From an uncultured virus (IMG/VR IMGVR_UViG_3300025034_000006) (taxonomy: Duplodnaviria; Heunggongvirae; Uroviricota; Caudoviricetes), in the IMG/VR virus record IMGVR_UViG_3300025034_000006: a stretch of 46,062 nucleotides of DNA; one strand, given 5' to 3'. Below the pieces are notes generated by a model. It worked only from the letters and a program-made list of their open reading frames with translations. It searched no databases and was not told where the DNA came from. Numbering within the stretch: the first letter of the stretch is position 1; each line of letters starts with the position of its first letter. Made by a program: the position numbers and the translations under genes. Below are positions 25,143 through 34,698 of this stretch, in pieces.

Positions 25143-26936
25143 ATGGCAAACAAGCTGCTCGCCGATAGCAACCGCGCTTCGCTCCGCGAGATCATCGAAT
25201 CCAACAACGCGTGGGGCGAGACCCCGGCAGCAGGTGTTACCCGCGCCCGTCGTTTCCGCACGTCCTCGATCACGGCCTCGAAGGAGACCGTTGAGTCGGA
25301 GGAAATCCGGGACGACCGCATGATCTCCTCGGTCATCGAAACCGCTGCAATGTCGGGCGGCGAGATCGCTTGGGAATTTGCAGCCGGCACGACCGACCTC
25401 GACTTCCAACGCACCCTCATGGGTGCGTGGTCGCGTCCGATGGACTGGGACGTGTTCCGTGGTAAGACTGTCTCGATCACAGCCAACAACACCGTCCGCA
25501 TCAGCGGCGCTGATGTGGCAGCCTACTTCACTGTCGGCCGTCGTATCAAGACCAGCGGTTTCGTGAACCCGTCGAACAACGACTATCTCCAGATCAGCAG
25601 CGTCGCGTTCGCGGGTGGAAACACCGACATCGTGGTCACTGGCACTTCGCTGGTGGTTGAAGCCGGTTCTCCGAACACAACTGTCGCCGACGCAAACGAT
25701 GTCATCATCCTGCGTGCGACCACCCTTCGTTTCGGTAACTCGCCGAACACCATCGACGGTGAAGGCGCTAACCCGTTTGCTGCTGCGATCGCTGCTGGTC
25801 AGTTGAAGACCGGTCAGCGCATCTTCGTCGAAGGCATCGGCTACGAGACCGGAACCATCACGGCCAACACTGTTGTCGCCGGTGATACTGTCACGCTGTC
25901 TGACGGCGTTGATACCGTTACTCTGGAAGCCGACCTCGATTTCGACATCGGCGCGGACGACACCGAAACCGCAACCAATCTGGCGGCTGCAATCAACGCG
26001 CTGCGCCCGACCGGAACCGTTGCTCTCTCGGCCACTTCGGCACTGGGCGTCGTTACGGTTCGCAACCTCCTCAAGGTCGGCGGCGTCCTGACCGAAGACG
26101 CGGCAACCCTCGCGGTTGTTGACTTCACTGGTGGCTCGGCAACGGACGGCGGCTTCTACACCATCGTTTCGCTGACCGATGACACCCTCGTTCTGGATCG
26201 CGCTGTCCCGGCAATCGCTGCTGGTGGCCCGATCACGATCAAGGGCTCGATGCTCCGCAATCCGGGCAACAGCGCCGACATTACGCCGCAATCGGCATCG
26301 ATCGAAACCGGCTTCCAAGACGTGAGCCAGTTCTTCACCGTGGACGGCCTGCGTTGCGGTGGTATCGAAATGGAAGTCGCTGCCGGCTCGATCGTCACCG
26401 GTCAGTCCACTCTCATGGGCCGCGCTACCAAGCGCGCCTCGACCGAGAAGCTGACTGGCGCTGCTTATACCGCGCTCGAAGCCCCGGCAACCGAAGTCGT
26501 TTCGGCGACTGCGAACGTCGGCGCTCTGACCGTGAACGGTGTCGAACAGGCAACCGCGATCAACTCGATCCAGTTCTCGATCGAAGGCAACCTGCGCAAC
26601 CAGCAGGCCATCGGCTCGAAGTTCCCGGTCGGCATCGCTGCTGGCCGTCTGAACCTCACTGGCACGATCGAAGCCTACTTCGCCGACGGTGAAATGTATG
26701 ATCGCTTCATCAACCACGAGACGGTCAGCCTCACCTTCCCGATCATCGATCAGGACAAGAACACCTACTACTTCACCATCCCAGCATTCAAGGTCACCAG
26801 CGATCCGATCGCACCGGGCGGCCTCGATCAGGATGTCATGGAGTCGCTGGAGTTCAGCGCCTTCCGCGACGCGACCACGGCCTGCATGGTGCAGATCGAT
26901 CGCTTCTCGTCCACCGCTCCGATTACTGCACTGTAA
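25143..26936 (+). CDS. Major tail tube protein with inserted domains
   Basis: ESEEIRDDRM, GGEIAWEF, GRLNLTGTIEAYF motifs; precedes chaperone and tape measure. Confidence 0.85.
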   Translation: MANKLLADSNRASLREIIESNNAWGETPAAGVTRARRFRTSSITASKETVESEEIRDDRMISSVIETAAMSGGEIAWEFAAGTTDLDFQRTLMGAWSRPMDWDVFRGKTVSITANNTVRISGADVAAYFTVGRRIKTSGFVNPSNNDYLQISSVAFAGGNTDIVVTGTSLVVEAGSPNTTVADANDVIILRATTLRFGNSPNTIDGEGANPFAAAIAAGQLKTGQRIFVEGIGYETGTITANTVVAGDTVTLSDGVDTVTLEADLDFDIGADDTETATNLAAAINALRPTGTVALSATSALGVVTVRNLLKVGGVLTEDAATLAVVDFTGGSATDGGFYTIVSLTDDTLVLDRAVPAIAAGGPITIKGSMLRNPGNSADITPQSASIETGFQDVSQFFTVDGLRCGGIEMEVAAGSIVTGQSTLMGRATKRASTEKLTGAAYTALEAPATEVVSATANVGALTVNGVEQATAINSIQFSIEGNLRNQQAIGSKFPVGIAAGRLNLTGTIEAYFADGEMYDRFINHETVSLTFPIIDQDKNTYYFTIPAFKVTSDPIAPGGLDQDVMESLEFSAFRDATTACMVQIDRFSSTAPITAL

Positions 26937-27170
26937 TCGTGAGCCCCGGTGGGTTCCCCCGACCCACCGGCGCGATTTGAGGTAAGGACTTCGGTCCTTG
27001 TCCTCCGCCACCCCGGTTAGCCGGTAATAGTCCCCGCATACAGTCTAGGCTCTGTGCGGACGACGGGTGGAGTATCCAGTTCCCCGACACCGATTTCGCT
27101 GGCGAAACGGGGTGCAGCCTTGTCGGGAGGCTGCATCCCACCCTCCCGACAACCGACAAGGATTACCCCG

Positions 27171-27572
27171 ATGAACCTCTACGAAGCATTTGAAAGCAAC
27201 CTCGACGACACCGCCAAGGAGTTCCCGCTCTCGGACACGGCGTCGATCACACTGATGCCGATCGCTGGCGACAAATCGCGCCGGGCCTTCGAGCGCATGA
27301 TGGAACCCTACAGTGTCCGCCTGAACGCCGGCGGCAAGCTCACCGACGAAGAGAACAAGGCGCTGAACGTTCGGTTCTACGCTGAGAACATCGTCAAGGG
27401 CTGGAAGGGCATCAAGGATCGCGAAGGCAAGGAAATCAAGTTCAGCCCGGAAGCTGCTACGGCTCTCTTCTCCGATGAGAAGCTGGCGGGCTTCTTCGCT
27501 CTGATCATCCGTATGGCATCGAACGACGCCTCGTTCGAAGCCAAGAAGGCCGAAGCAGACGAGGGAAACTGA
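27171..27572 (+). CDS. Tail assembly chaperone (gpG-like)
   Basis: AAGGA RBS before ATG 27171; IVKGWKGI motif; ends in slippery G-GGA-AAC-TGA. Confidence 0.85.
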   Translation: MNLYEAFESNLDDTAKEFPLSDTASITLMPIAGDKSRRAFERMMEPYSVRLNAGGKLTDEENKALNVRFYAENIVKGWKGIKDREGKEIKFSPEAATALFSDEKLAGFFALIIRMASNDASFEAKKAEADEGN

Positions 27573-28000
27573 TAGCCTACCTCAACTGGACGCAGCGTCC
27601 GACTGCTAAAAAGTCGGACTGGCTGCGCCAGATTGAGGCTGAGAAAGGCATCAAGATCAAAACCCTTGAGGACGAACCCGTTCTCTCTCCACATCTCTAT
27701 TGGATTTGGAAAGCCTTCACCGATCTCAACAGCCGGCGACCGGTTGCAGGGATGGGAGGTTTTCTACCATTCTCCTACACCGAGATCGAAGCCTACTGCC
27801 GGCTCAAAGGCATTTACTCCCTCGGTGAACGTGAGCGCTTGCTGCGTCTCCTCGAAATCCTCGATCATGAATGGATCAAGGCTTACGTCGAGCGTGAAGA
27901 AAAGAAGAACAATTCTTCGAAAGGCACACCCCCACCACCATCCCACTCGCCCCCTCGCGGCGGTGGACGAAAAGCACCCCCTCGAAAACAGGTAGCGTAG
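27171..28000 (+). CDS. gpGT-like -1 frameshift fusion of tail chaperone
   Basis: GGGAAAC at 27563-27569; -1 frame open (KLIAYLNWTQR...) and continuous with ORF 27752-28000. Confidence 0.85.
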
Positions 28001-28003
28001 CCA

Positions 28004-31000
28004 ATGGATACCCATGGCATGAAGTTTGTCGTTGACACGACTGGAGTCGCGAAGGGTTTTCGCGACTACAAGTCGGCTGTCGATGGCATCTTCGCTTCCC
28101 TGACCAAGTTCGAAGCCCACGTCGATAAGACGATGAAGGGGGTTGCTAAGGCTTCGGCTAACCCACAAGCACTCAACGCATTCAAGAAGGCCGTCAGCGC
28201 CTTTGCGAAGGTAGACATCGACACGTCGGCAGCCCGCAAGCTGTCGGCGCTGTCGGCTGCCATGCAGGGCTTTAAGGCCCCCTCCAGCGCCCAGACAGCA
28301 AACACCAAGCGCTTCTTCAATGTTCTGGGTAACTCGCTCCCAGACCTGACTAACGCATACCGTTCGATCAAGATGCTGAACGACTTGAAGACCGCGCTGG
28401 CGGGCTTCAAGGCACCACCGGCTGGGGCTTCCAAAAATCTCACGGCGTTCGCCAATGCAATGCGGACCGCCGCGCCGGCTTTCAATAGCCTCAAGAGCGT
28501 GTCTGGCACAGCGCGGGTCGCTAATGAACTGGCGCTGCTCGGCGCTGCATTCCAAAATCTCCGAGTCCCTACCGCTGGTCAGGTTACCAACCTTGGTAAT
28601 TTTGCCCTTGCAATGCGCTCCTTAAACTTCTCCAACCTTCAAGGTTCGGGGAACTTTTATGCTGCGCTGGCCGCGATCGGAAACTTCCGGGCCCCAACAG
28701 CAGCACAGATTCGTAACCTCCAGTCGTTCGTAACGGCTGTTGCCAACATGCGTGTTCCCCAGAACGCGGATGCGGTCGCAGCCGCACTGGCTCGGATCGC
28801 AGGGGCGGTCGGTCGGGCAAGTGACGCGATGCGAGGTCTTCGCGGCAATGTAGGCAGCCTCGGTAACAGCCTCGGTAACTTGGGAGGACAGGCACGCGGC
28901 GCTTCGATCCAGATGATGGGTCTCCAGAACGCTTTCTCTGGCACGTTCCAAGTGGGCTCTGTTTTGCGTTCGCTTCTGGGATCGCTGACCATTGCTGAGC
29001 TTGGTCGCAACTTCTTTGAAGCGACCAACGCAGCTATCCAATTCAAGGCACAGATGGGCGTCCTGAACAAGGACCTTCAATTCGCCGACGCTCAGATGAC
29101 CTATGTCCGAAACACAGCCAATGCTTTCGGAACGGACATGCTTGCGGCGGCCACCGGCTTCGCCAAGGTCAGCATCGCGGCTGATAAATCCAACATGACC
29201 GTCATGCAGACGCGTCACATCTTCGAAGGTCTGTCCACCGCCATGACGGTTCTGGGCACGACCACTGCTGGGCAGGGCGATGTGTGGTTGGCTCTGCAAC
29301 AGGTCATGAACAAGGGCTATCTGTCGGCCGAAGAACTCAACCAGCAGCTTAACGAAAAGCTGCCGGGTGCGATGGCTTATGCTACCGAGTATGCCAACAG
29401 CCTCGGACTGTCTCTGGAAAAGGGTTTGAAGACCAAGGCGCTGGATGCCGCTGGTGTGCTTGCCCATATTGCACAGCGGATGAAGGAAGACTTCGGTCCT
29501 TCTGTGGCTGCTGCTTTGATGCGCCCGGCCGCACAGATGAATATCCTGCGTAACAACATCGATCAGTTGTTCATCGCCATCGGCGAGAACGGCGGTAACG
29601 ACGCGTTCGCAAACCTGCTCGCGAAGATCAACGAGCGGATGAAGCCCGAAGACATCGAACGCTATGCAGTAGCGATCGGTGAGGGCCTGAAAAACGCGGT
29701 CGATAGTCTGTCGGCGGCCTTCGATTGGTTGTATCAGAACTGGGATTCGATCAAGGGCCCGCTTTCGGCAACCCTGGAACTCCTCGGTAAGTGGATGATT
29801 GTATCCAGCGCCCTCCAGATTGGCCGCTTTATCGTTCAGCCGCTGATGGCTATCGGACCGGCATTAGGTGGTTTACGGACCGCTGGGGCCCTTCTGGGTG
29901 TGACCTTCGCAACAAGCGCCCGTGCTGCTGTCGGTGCCATGGCGGGCCTGACAGGCAGCGCTAGAGCCGCTGCTGTGTCGATGCTCCAGTTCCGTGCATC
30001 TCTGGCTGCTACGATCGTAGCTATGCGCGGTGCTACTGTGAGCGTCGCCGGTCTGCGTGCGGCTATGCTGGCATTGGCGACCACCGGTATCGCCGGGGCT
30101 GTCGCCGGCCTGCGTGGGCTGGTTGCCTTGCTTGGTGGTCCGCTCCTGCTTACACTGGCGGCTGTTGGTTACAGCATCTACCGGGTGGTGGATGCTTGGG
30201 ACTCGCACAAAAGAACGCTCGAAGAGGCGAACGTCACGATCGACAAGAACAGAAAGTTGATCGATGAAACACGCACTTCTTTAGCATTCGGCAGCACGGC
30301 AACCGACACCGCGACGGGTGCGACCAACCTCTATGGTATCTCGATGGACACTGCACGCGGGTTCATGGAGCGATTCCGCCAGAAGGCCGATGAAGCAACC
30401 AACGGGTTGTTCTCGATGGCATTACAGGCGCGTCAAACCCGCGTCGAGATGTTGAAGTTGGCGCAAGCCGACATCACCAAGAAGCTGTCCAGCCTGCAAA
30501 CCAACTCCGTCCGGGAGCTTGGTCAGTTGGCTGATCAACAGTTCGCGAAGGGTAACTATTTCACCGGTGCTGGAGCCAAGCTTTACCAAGGTATGCAGGG
30601 TCTCCGCAACATCGGTGACCGTGCGCGTGAAAAGGATGTCAACGAAGGGATTGACCGACTCAAAGCACAGCGGGACGAACTGGCTGCGCTGCAAAAAGAG
30701 GTAGAATCGGAATCTCTCGACACCGGTATGGACAGACTCCGAGCCCAAGGGTTCGGTGGTAAGCCGCCGCGTGCGTCCACGCCGACCGAAGCTGGTAGCG
30801 GTGGTGGTTCTTCGGGCGTCAACAAGGCAGCCCGCGAAGCTGAGCGTCTGGCTAACTCGGTAGACCAGATCATGGGAACCTTGATGGAGAACGACCCGAT
30901 CGGGAAGCTCTATCAGGACTTTGTTGAAACTCTCGGTGATCAGGCTAGAGTCCTGCTCAACGATAAGGGTTACGAACAGTTCGTTGCCAACGTCAAGGCG

Positions 31001-32776
31001 CAGAACAAGGACGGTGTGGTTTCGGTCGAGTCACTGATTTCGGTGATGAAGGCCAGTGGAACCACCTCGGCCGGTGCTTTGAAGCTGATCGAAGACAAGT
31101 ATGGTAAGACCAGCGACCAAATCGTAAACCTGCTCAAAGAACAGCAGGCGGCGTTGGAAGAAGCTTACACCGACGCGGCTATCAAGGAATTGGATAAGTC
31201 CTTCCGTTCGCTGTCGCGTGGTATTTCCATGGTTGGGGATAGCATCCCCGCTGTGGCTGAATTGGGTGCTAACCTTCAAACTATTGAAGGTCTGGCTCGC
31301 TTTGTCATGCCTGCCAATGAGGGCTTTGTTAAGTTCCTCAGCGACGTTCGTTCAGGTGCGCTTTCAGCAGCGGAAGCGATGGATAAGCTGGAAGCCATCA
31401 TGGCTGATCCAAACCAGCGTTCGGCAACCGCAAGCCAGTTTTTCGCTACTTCCAACACCAACCCGGCCGAAGTTGCGAAAGCAAATCGTGATCGCGTCGC
31501 GGCGAATGCAAACGCACGCGCCGAAGCTGAGTTGGATATGCAGTTCGGTGAACGACTGCTCCAGCAGCGCAACAACGAAATCAAGCTCCTCCAGATGTCT
31601 TCGCAGGAGGCGGAAGCCTACACGACGGTAATGGAAGAAGTTAACCGGATGCGCGCTAAGAGCGGCCCGGTTTCTCAGGAGGTTATCAACAACCTCCTTG
31701 AGGAAGTTCGTGCGCAGCAGGCACTCGCTAACCAGATGCAGCGGAACAAGGAGTTCTTCGAGAACAACGGGGTTCGCAGCTACATCAACGACATCAAGAG
31801 CGTTGGTGAGTCGATCAACGAGTTGGACAAGAACGTCCTCCAGTCGTTGGAAGATCAGTTGTTCAGCCTCGGCACGACTGGGAAGTTCAGCTTCCAAGCT
31901 ATCTTTGACACGCTCCAACAGGGCCTGATTCGTTTCGCTTCCCAGAACATCCTCAAGGAAGGGCTGGGCAAGCTGTTCGGCGGGGATCAATTGGAGGGCG
32001 GAACCCCGAGCCTTCTGGGCGGCCTCTTCAAGGCGATGGGCTTTGAACACGAAGCTGGCACTACCGACCCACTCGGAACTGCAAGACGCCCGATGCACGT
32101 CATCATCGATGGTGGCACCGGTAACTTGATCAGAAAAACCGGTGAAGTCATCATGGAAACTGGTGGCACCCCTGAGGAAGCTGTTGGCAACGCTGTGAAC
32201 AGCTTGATCAGCGGAACCAATCAGGTCGGACAGATCATCCGTGACCAGTGGGGTAACGAAGTCAAGGGCATTGGTGGTATCCTCGGCCAGATCGCCGGGA
32301 GCTTGATGGGCGGAGGTGCTGGTGGTGGCGCTGGTGGCATCCTTGGAAGTCTGCTCAACATCGGCATGTCGGCACTTGGCGGCGGCGCGGGTCCTCTTGC
32401 TTCTCTGGCAGGTAGCGCGGCTCAGACGATCGCAGCAAATCCGGGCATCTTCAAGGAAGGTGGTTTTCCGGGATCGCCGGTGGCGCGGGCTTCGGTCCAC
32501 CCGTCGGCATTCACCAACGCCCCGCATTATGCGGAAGGCACGCCGAACACCAGCGGCGGTCACCCGGCTATTCTGCACGACAATGAAGCGGTGATCCCTC
32601 TCAGCCGTGGCCGCAAGGTTGCTGTTGAGATGAACGGGGGAAGCCGTGGGCAGACGATCAACAACAACTTCATGATCAACAGCCCAGATGCGAACTCGTT
32701 CCGTAAGAGCGAAACTCAGATCGCGACCAAGATGCACATGCAAGCCGGCCGCGCCTACCGCCGCAACCACGGCTAA
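28004..32776 (+). CDS. Tape measure protein (1590 aa)
   Basis: Ala-rich helical; ALQQVMNKGYLSAEELNQQLNEKLPG tape-measure motif; position. Confidence 0.95.
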   Translation: MDTHGMKFVVDTTGVAKGFRDYKSAVDGIFASLTKFEAHVDKTMKGVAKASANPQALNAFKKAVSAFAKVDIDTSAARKLSALSAAMQGFKAPSSAQTANTKRFFNVLGNSLPDLTNAYRSIKMLNDLKTALAGFKAPPAGASKNLTAFANAMRTAAPAFNSLKSVSGTARVANELALLGAAFQNLRVPTAGQVTNLGNFALAMRSLNFSNLQGSGNFYAALAAIGNFRAPTAAQIRNLQSFVTAVANMRVPQNADAVAAALARIAGAVGRASDAMRGLRGNVGSLGNSLGNLGGQARGASIQMMGLQNAFSGTFQVGSVLRSLLGSLTIAELGRNFFEATNAAIQFKAQMGVLNKDLQFADAQMTYVRNTANAFGTDMLAAATGFAKVSIAADKSNMTVMQTRHIFEGLSTAMTVLGTTTAGQGDVWLALQQVMNKGYLSAEELNQQLNEKLPGAMAYATEYANSLGLSLEKGLKTKALDAAGVLAHIAQRMKEDFGPSVAAALMRPAAQMNILRNNIDQLFIAIGENGGNDAFANLLAKINERMKPEDIERYAVAIGEGLKNAVDSLSAAFDWLYQNWDSIKGPLSATLELLGKWMIVSSALQIGRFIVQPLMAIGPALGGLRTAGALLGVTFATSARAAVGAMAGLTGSARAAAVSMLQFRASLAATIVAMRGATVSVAGLRAAMLALATTGIAGAVAGLRGLVALLGGPLLLTLAAVGYSIYRVVDAWDSHKRTLEEANVTIDKNRKLIDETRTSLAFGSTATDTATGATNLYGISMDTARGFMERFRQKADEATNGLFSMALQARQTRVEMLKLAQADITKKLSSLQTNSVRELGQLADQQFAKGNYFTGAGAKLYQGMQGLRNIGDRAREKDVNEGIDRLKAQRDELAALQKEVESESLDTGMDRLRAQGFGGKPPRASTPTEAGSGGGSSGVNKAAREAERLANSVDQIMGTLMENDPIGKLYQDFVETLGDQARVLLNDKGYEQFVANVKAQNKDGVVSVESLISVMKASGTTSAGALKLIEDKYGKTSDQIVNLLKEQQAALEEAYTDAAIKELDKSFRSLSRGISMVGDSIPAVAELGANLQTIEGLARFVMPANEGFVKFLSDVRSGALSAAEAMDKLEAIMADPNQRSATASQFFATSNTNPAEVAKANRDRVAANANARAEAELDMQFGERLLQQRNNEIKLLQMSSQEAEAYTTVMEEVNRMRAKSGPVSQEVINNLLEEVRAQQALANQMQRNKEFFENNGVRSYINDIKSVGESINELDKNVLQSLEDQLFSLGTTGKFSFQAIFDTLQQGLIRFASQNILKEGLGKLFGGDQLEGGTPSLLGGLFKAMGFEHEAGTTDPLGTARRPMHVIIDGGTGNLIRKTGEVIMETGGTPEEAVGNAVNSLISGTNQVGQIIRDQWGNEVKGIGGILGQIAGSLMGGGAGGGAGGILGSLLNIGMSALGGGAGPLASLAGSAAQTIAANPGIFKEGGFPGSPVARASVHPSAFTNAPHYAEGTPNTSGGHPAILHDNEAVIPLSRGRKVAVEMNGGSRGQTINNNFMINSPDANSFRKSETQIATKMHMQAGRAYRRNHG

Positions 32777-32783
32777 TTTTCCC

Positions 32784-32822
32784 TTGACAGTCACCGCTAT
32801 TTTGAATAGACGGTGACTGTCA
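32784..32822 (+). promoter_or_regulatory. Promoter TTGACA-N17-TAGACG embedded in an inverted repeat
   Basis: TGACAGTCACCG-CTATT-TTG-AATAG-A-CGGTGACTGTCA. Confidence 0.6.
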
Positions 32823-32834
32823 GAAGGACCCTCT

Positions 32835-33437
32835 ATGGAAATTGCAAACTTTCACGATGTCCGATTCCCGGAGGACATCAGCTACGGCTCGTCCGGCGGA
32901 CCGGGATTCAATACCAGCGTCATCGATCTGGCATCCGGACACGAACAACGGAACATCAACTGGTCCTTGGCCCGCGCCAAGTATGACGCCTCTTACGGCG
33001 TCAAGACCCGCGAGCAGATGGAGGAAGTGCTTGACTTCTTCTATGCGCGCCGGGGTAAGGCTTATGGCTTCCGGTTCAAAGACTGGATGGATTTCGTTCT
33101 TGATCGTCAGGCGATCGGGGTAGCCGGCGGCACAAACACGCTCCAAGTTTTCAAGCGTTACGAGCCACTAACCAGTTATTTTTACGATCGCCCGATCATG
33201 AAGATCGTTCCGGGGACGGTGCAGGTGTGGGCAAATGGCGTCGAACTCTCACCGCTGCTGGTTAACACTGGAACCGGTCTCGTCAACACGACCACTTACG
33301 CTGGTCAGACATTCGAAGTTGCCTGTGAGTTCGATGTCCCGGTTCGTTTCGACACCGACGAAATCAACATCACCCACGACGACTGGGAATTGATGTCGTG
33401 GCCTTCCATCCCCCTCATCGAACTGCGTCCGCGATAA
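32835..33437 (+). CDS. Distal tail protein, DUF2460 (RcGTA-like)
   Basis: FHDVRFPEDISYGSSGGP, FFYARRGKAYGFRFKDW.D, EFDVPVRFDTD. Confidence 0.93.
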   Translation: MEIANFHDVRFPEDISYGSSGGPGFNTSVIDLASGHEQRNINWSLARAKYDASYGVKTREQMEEVLDFFYARRGKAYGFRFKDWMDFVLDRQAIGVAGGTNTLQVFKRYEPLTSYFYDRPIMKIVPGTVQVWANGVELSPLLVNTGTGLVNTTTYAGQTFEVACEFDVPVRFDTDEINITHDDWELMSWPSIPLIELRPR

Positions 33438-33440
33438 GCC

Positions 33441-34295
33441 ATGAAATCCATCAGCATTGAACTTTCAAACCATCTGGATGGCGAGGTCACCACCTTGGCA
33501 TCATGCTGGCGCGTGGTTCGACGCGACGGCCGTGAGTTCTACTTCACTGACCATGACCAAGACATCGTGTTCGAGGGTAACACCTACGAAGCGGAATCGA
33601 GCTACGACCGAACGGCGGTAGCAAACGGTTCGGACATGAGCGTCGATAACATGGACGTTGCCGGTATTCTCGATTCCGAGAAGATTAGCGAAGAGGACAT
33701 GCGCAACGGTCTCTTCAACCGGGCTGATGTCTACGTCTTCATCGTCAACTGGCAACACCCGGAATATGGCCCACTCAAGGTCCGTCGGGGATGGTTTGGC
33801 GAAGTGACGATCACCGATACCGGGATGTTCACTACCGAAATTCGTGGTCTGGCACAGGCTCTGTCGCACAACTTCATCGAAGTCTATGCGGCCGAATGCC
33901 GGGCCGACTTCTGCGATTTCAGATGCAAGCTCAACATCGAAGATTACGAAATCCCGACGACCGTCTTGGTTGCCTTTCAGCGGGACTCCTTCGTTCTCCC
34001 GGTCAATTTTGTGCCGCCTTCGCAAGGACTAGCGCCGGGCACTGTTCGTTTCGTCGATGGACCGAATGCCGGACGAACAGTTGAGATCACAGGATACAAC
34101 ACTGACACCCGCACCGTCGAACTGTTCGAAAGCGTGGCTTACGAAATCACGACCGGGACAGCGATCGTGGTTGCTCCCGGTTGCGACGGATCGCTTGAGC
34201 GGTGCAAGCTCTACAACAATGTCATCAACCGCCGCGCCGAGGATTACGTCCCCGGCAACGACGAACTCATGAAGTATCCCGATGCCAAACAGTGA
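33441..34295 (+). CDS. Baseplate hub protein, DUF2163/BR0599 (RcGTA-like)
   Basis: TTLASCWRVVRRDG...FTDHDQD, CRADFCD..C, PGCD....C...NN..N. Confidence 0.92.
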   Translation: MKSISIELSNHLDGEVTTLASCWRVVRRDGREFYFTDHDQDIVFEGNTYEAESSYDRTAVANGSDMSVDNMDVAGILDSEKISEEDMRNGLFNRADVYVFIVNWQHPEYGPLKVRRGWFGEVTITDTGMFTTEIRGLAQALSHNFIEVYAAECRADFCDFRCKLNIEDYEIPTTVLVAFQRDSFVLPVNFVPPSQGLAPGTVRFVDGPNAGRTVEITGYNTDTRTVELFESVAYEITTGTAIVVAPGCDGSLERCKLYNNVINRRAEDYVPGNDELMKYPDAKQ

Positions 34296-34698
34296 CGATT
34301 TTATCGCAGCAGCCCGTTCCTACATGGGGGTAAAATGGCGACATCAGGGACGAAATCGATTGGGAGTAGATTGTGTCGGTCTGGTCCTTTGCAGTCTGGC
34401 TGATCTGGGAATCCCAGCACCGGACATGCAGGGATACCGGAGAACACCTGATCCGATCTTCGTCGAGCATATCCGAAACAATTCATTACCAGCCGAAAGC
34501 ACAGCGCCCGGAACTCTCGGTATCTTCCGAGATGGAACCCAGCCGTGTCACGTTGGTATCTTCGCAACCATGCACGGTCAAACTTCGCTGATCCACGCTT
34601 ATGCTGGAACCGGGATCGTCATGGAAGAAGTCTTCATCCACGACTGGCCGAACAAGCTGGTTGAGGTCCGTGCATTCAAAGGACTTGAATACATCTAA
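34282..34698 (+). CDS. NlpC/P60 tail peptidase
   Basis: WRHQGR...GVDCVGLV, HVGI, IHAY. Confidence 0.92.
   Translation: MPNSDDFIAAARSYMGVKWRHQGRNRLGVDCVGLVLCSLADLGIPAPDMQGYRRTPDPIFVEHIRNNSLPAESTAPGTLGIFRDGTQPCHVGIFATMHGQTSLIHAYAGTGIVMEEVFIHDWPNKLVEVRAFKGLEYI

Noticed and set aside
25056..32794. Long minus-strand ORFs (25056-27011, 31364-32794; similarly 14876-15757, 17734-18645, 20635-21552)
   Set aside because: Antisense shadows of GC-rich genes; no recognisable motifs
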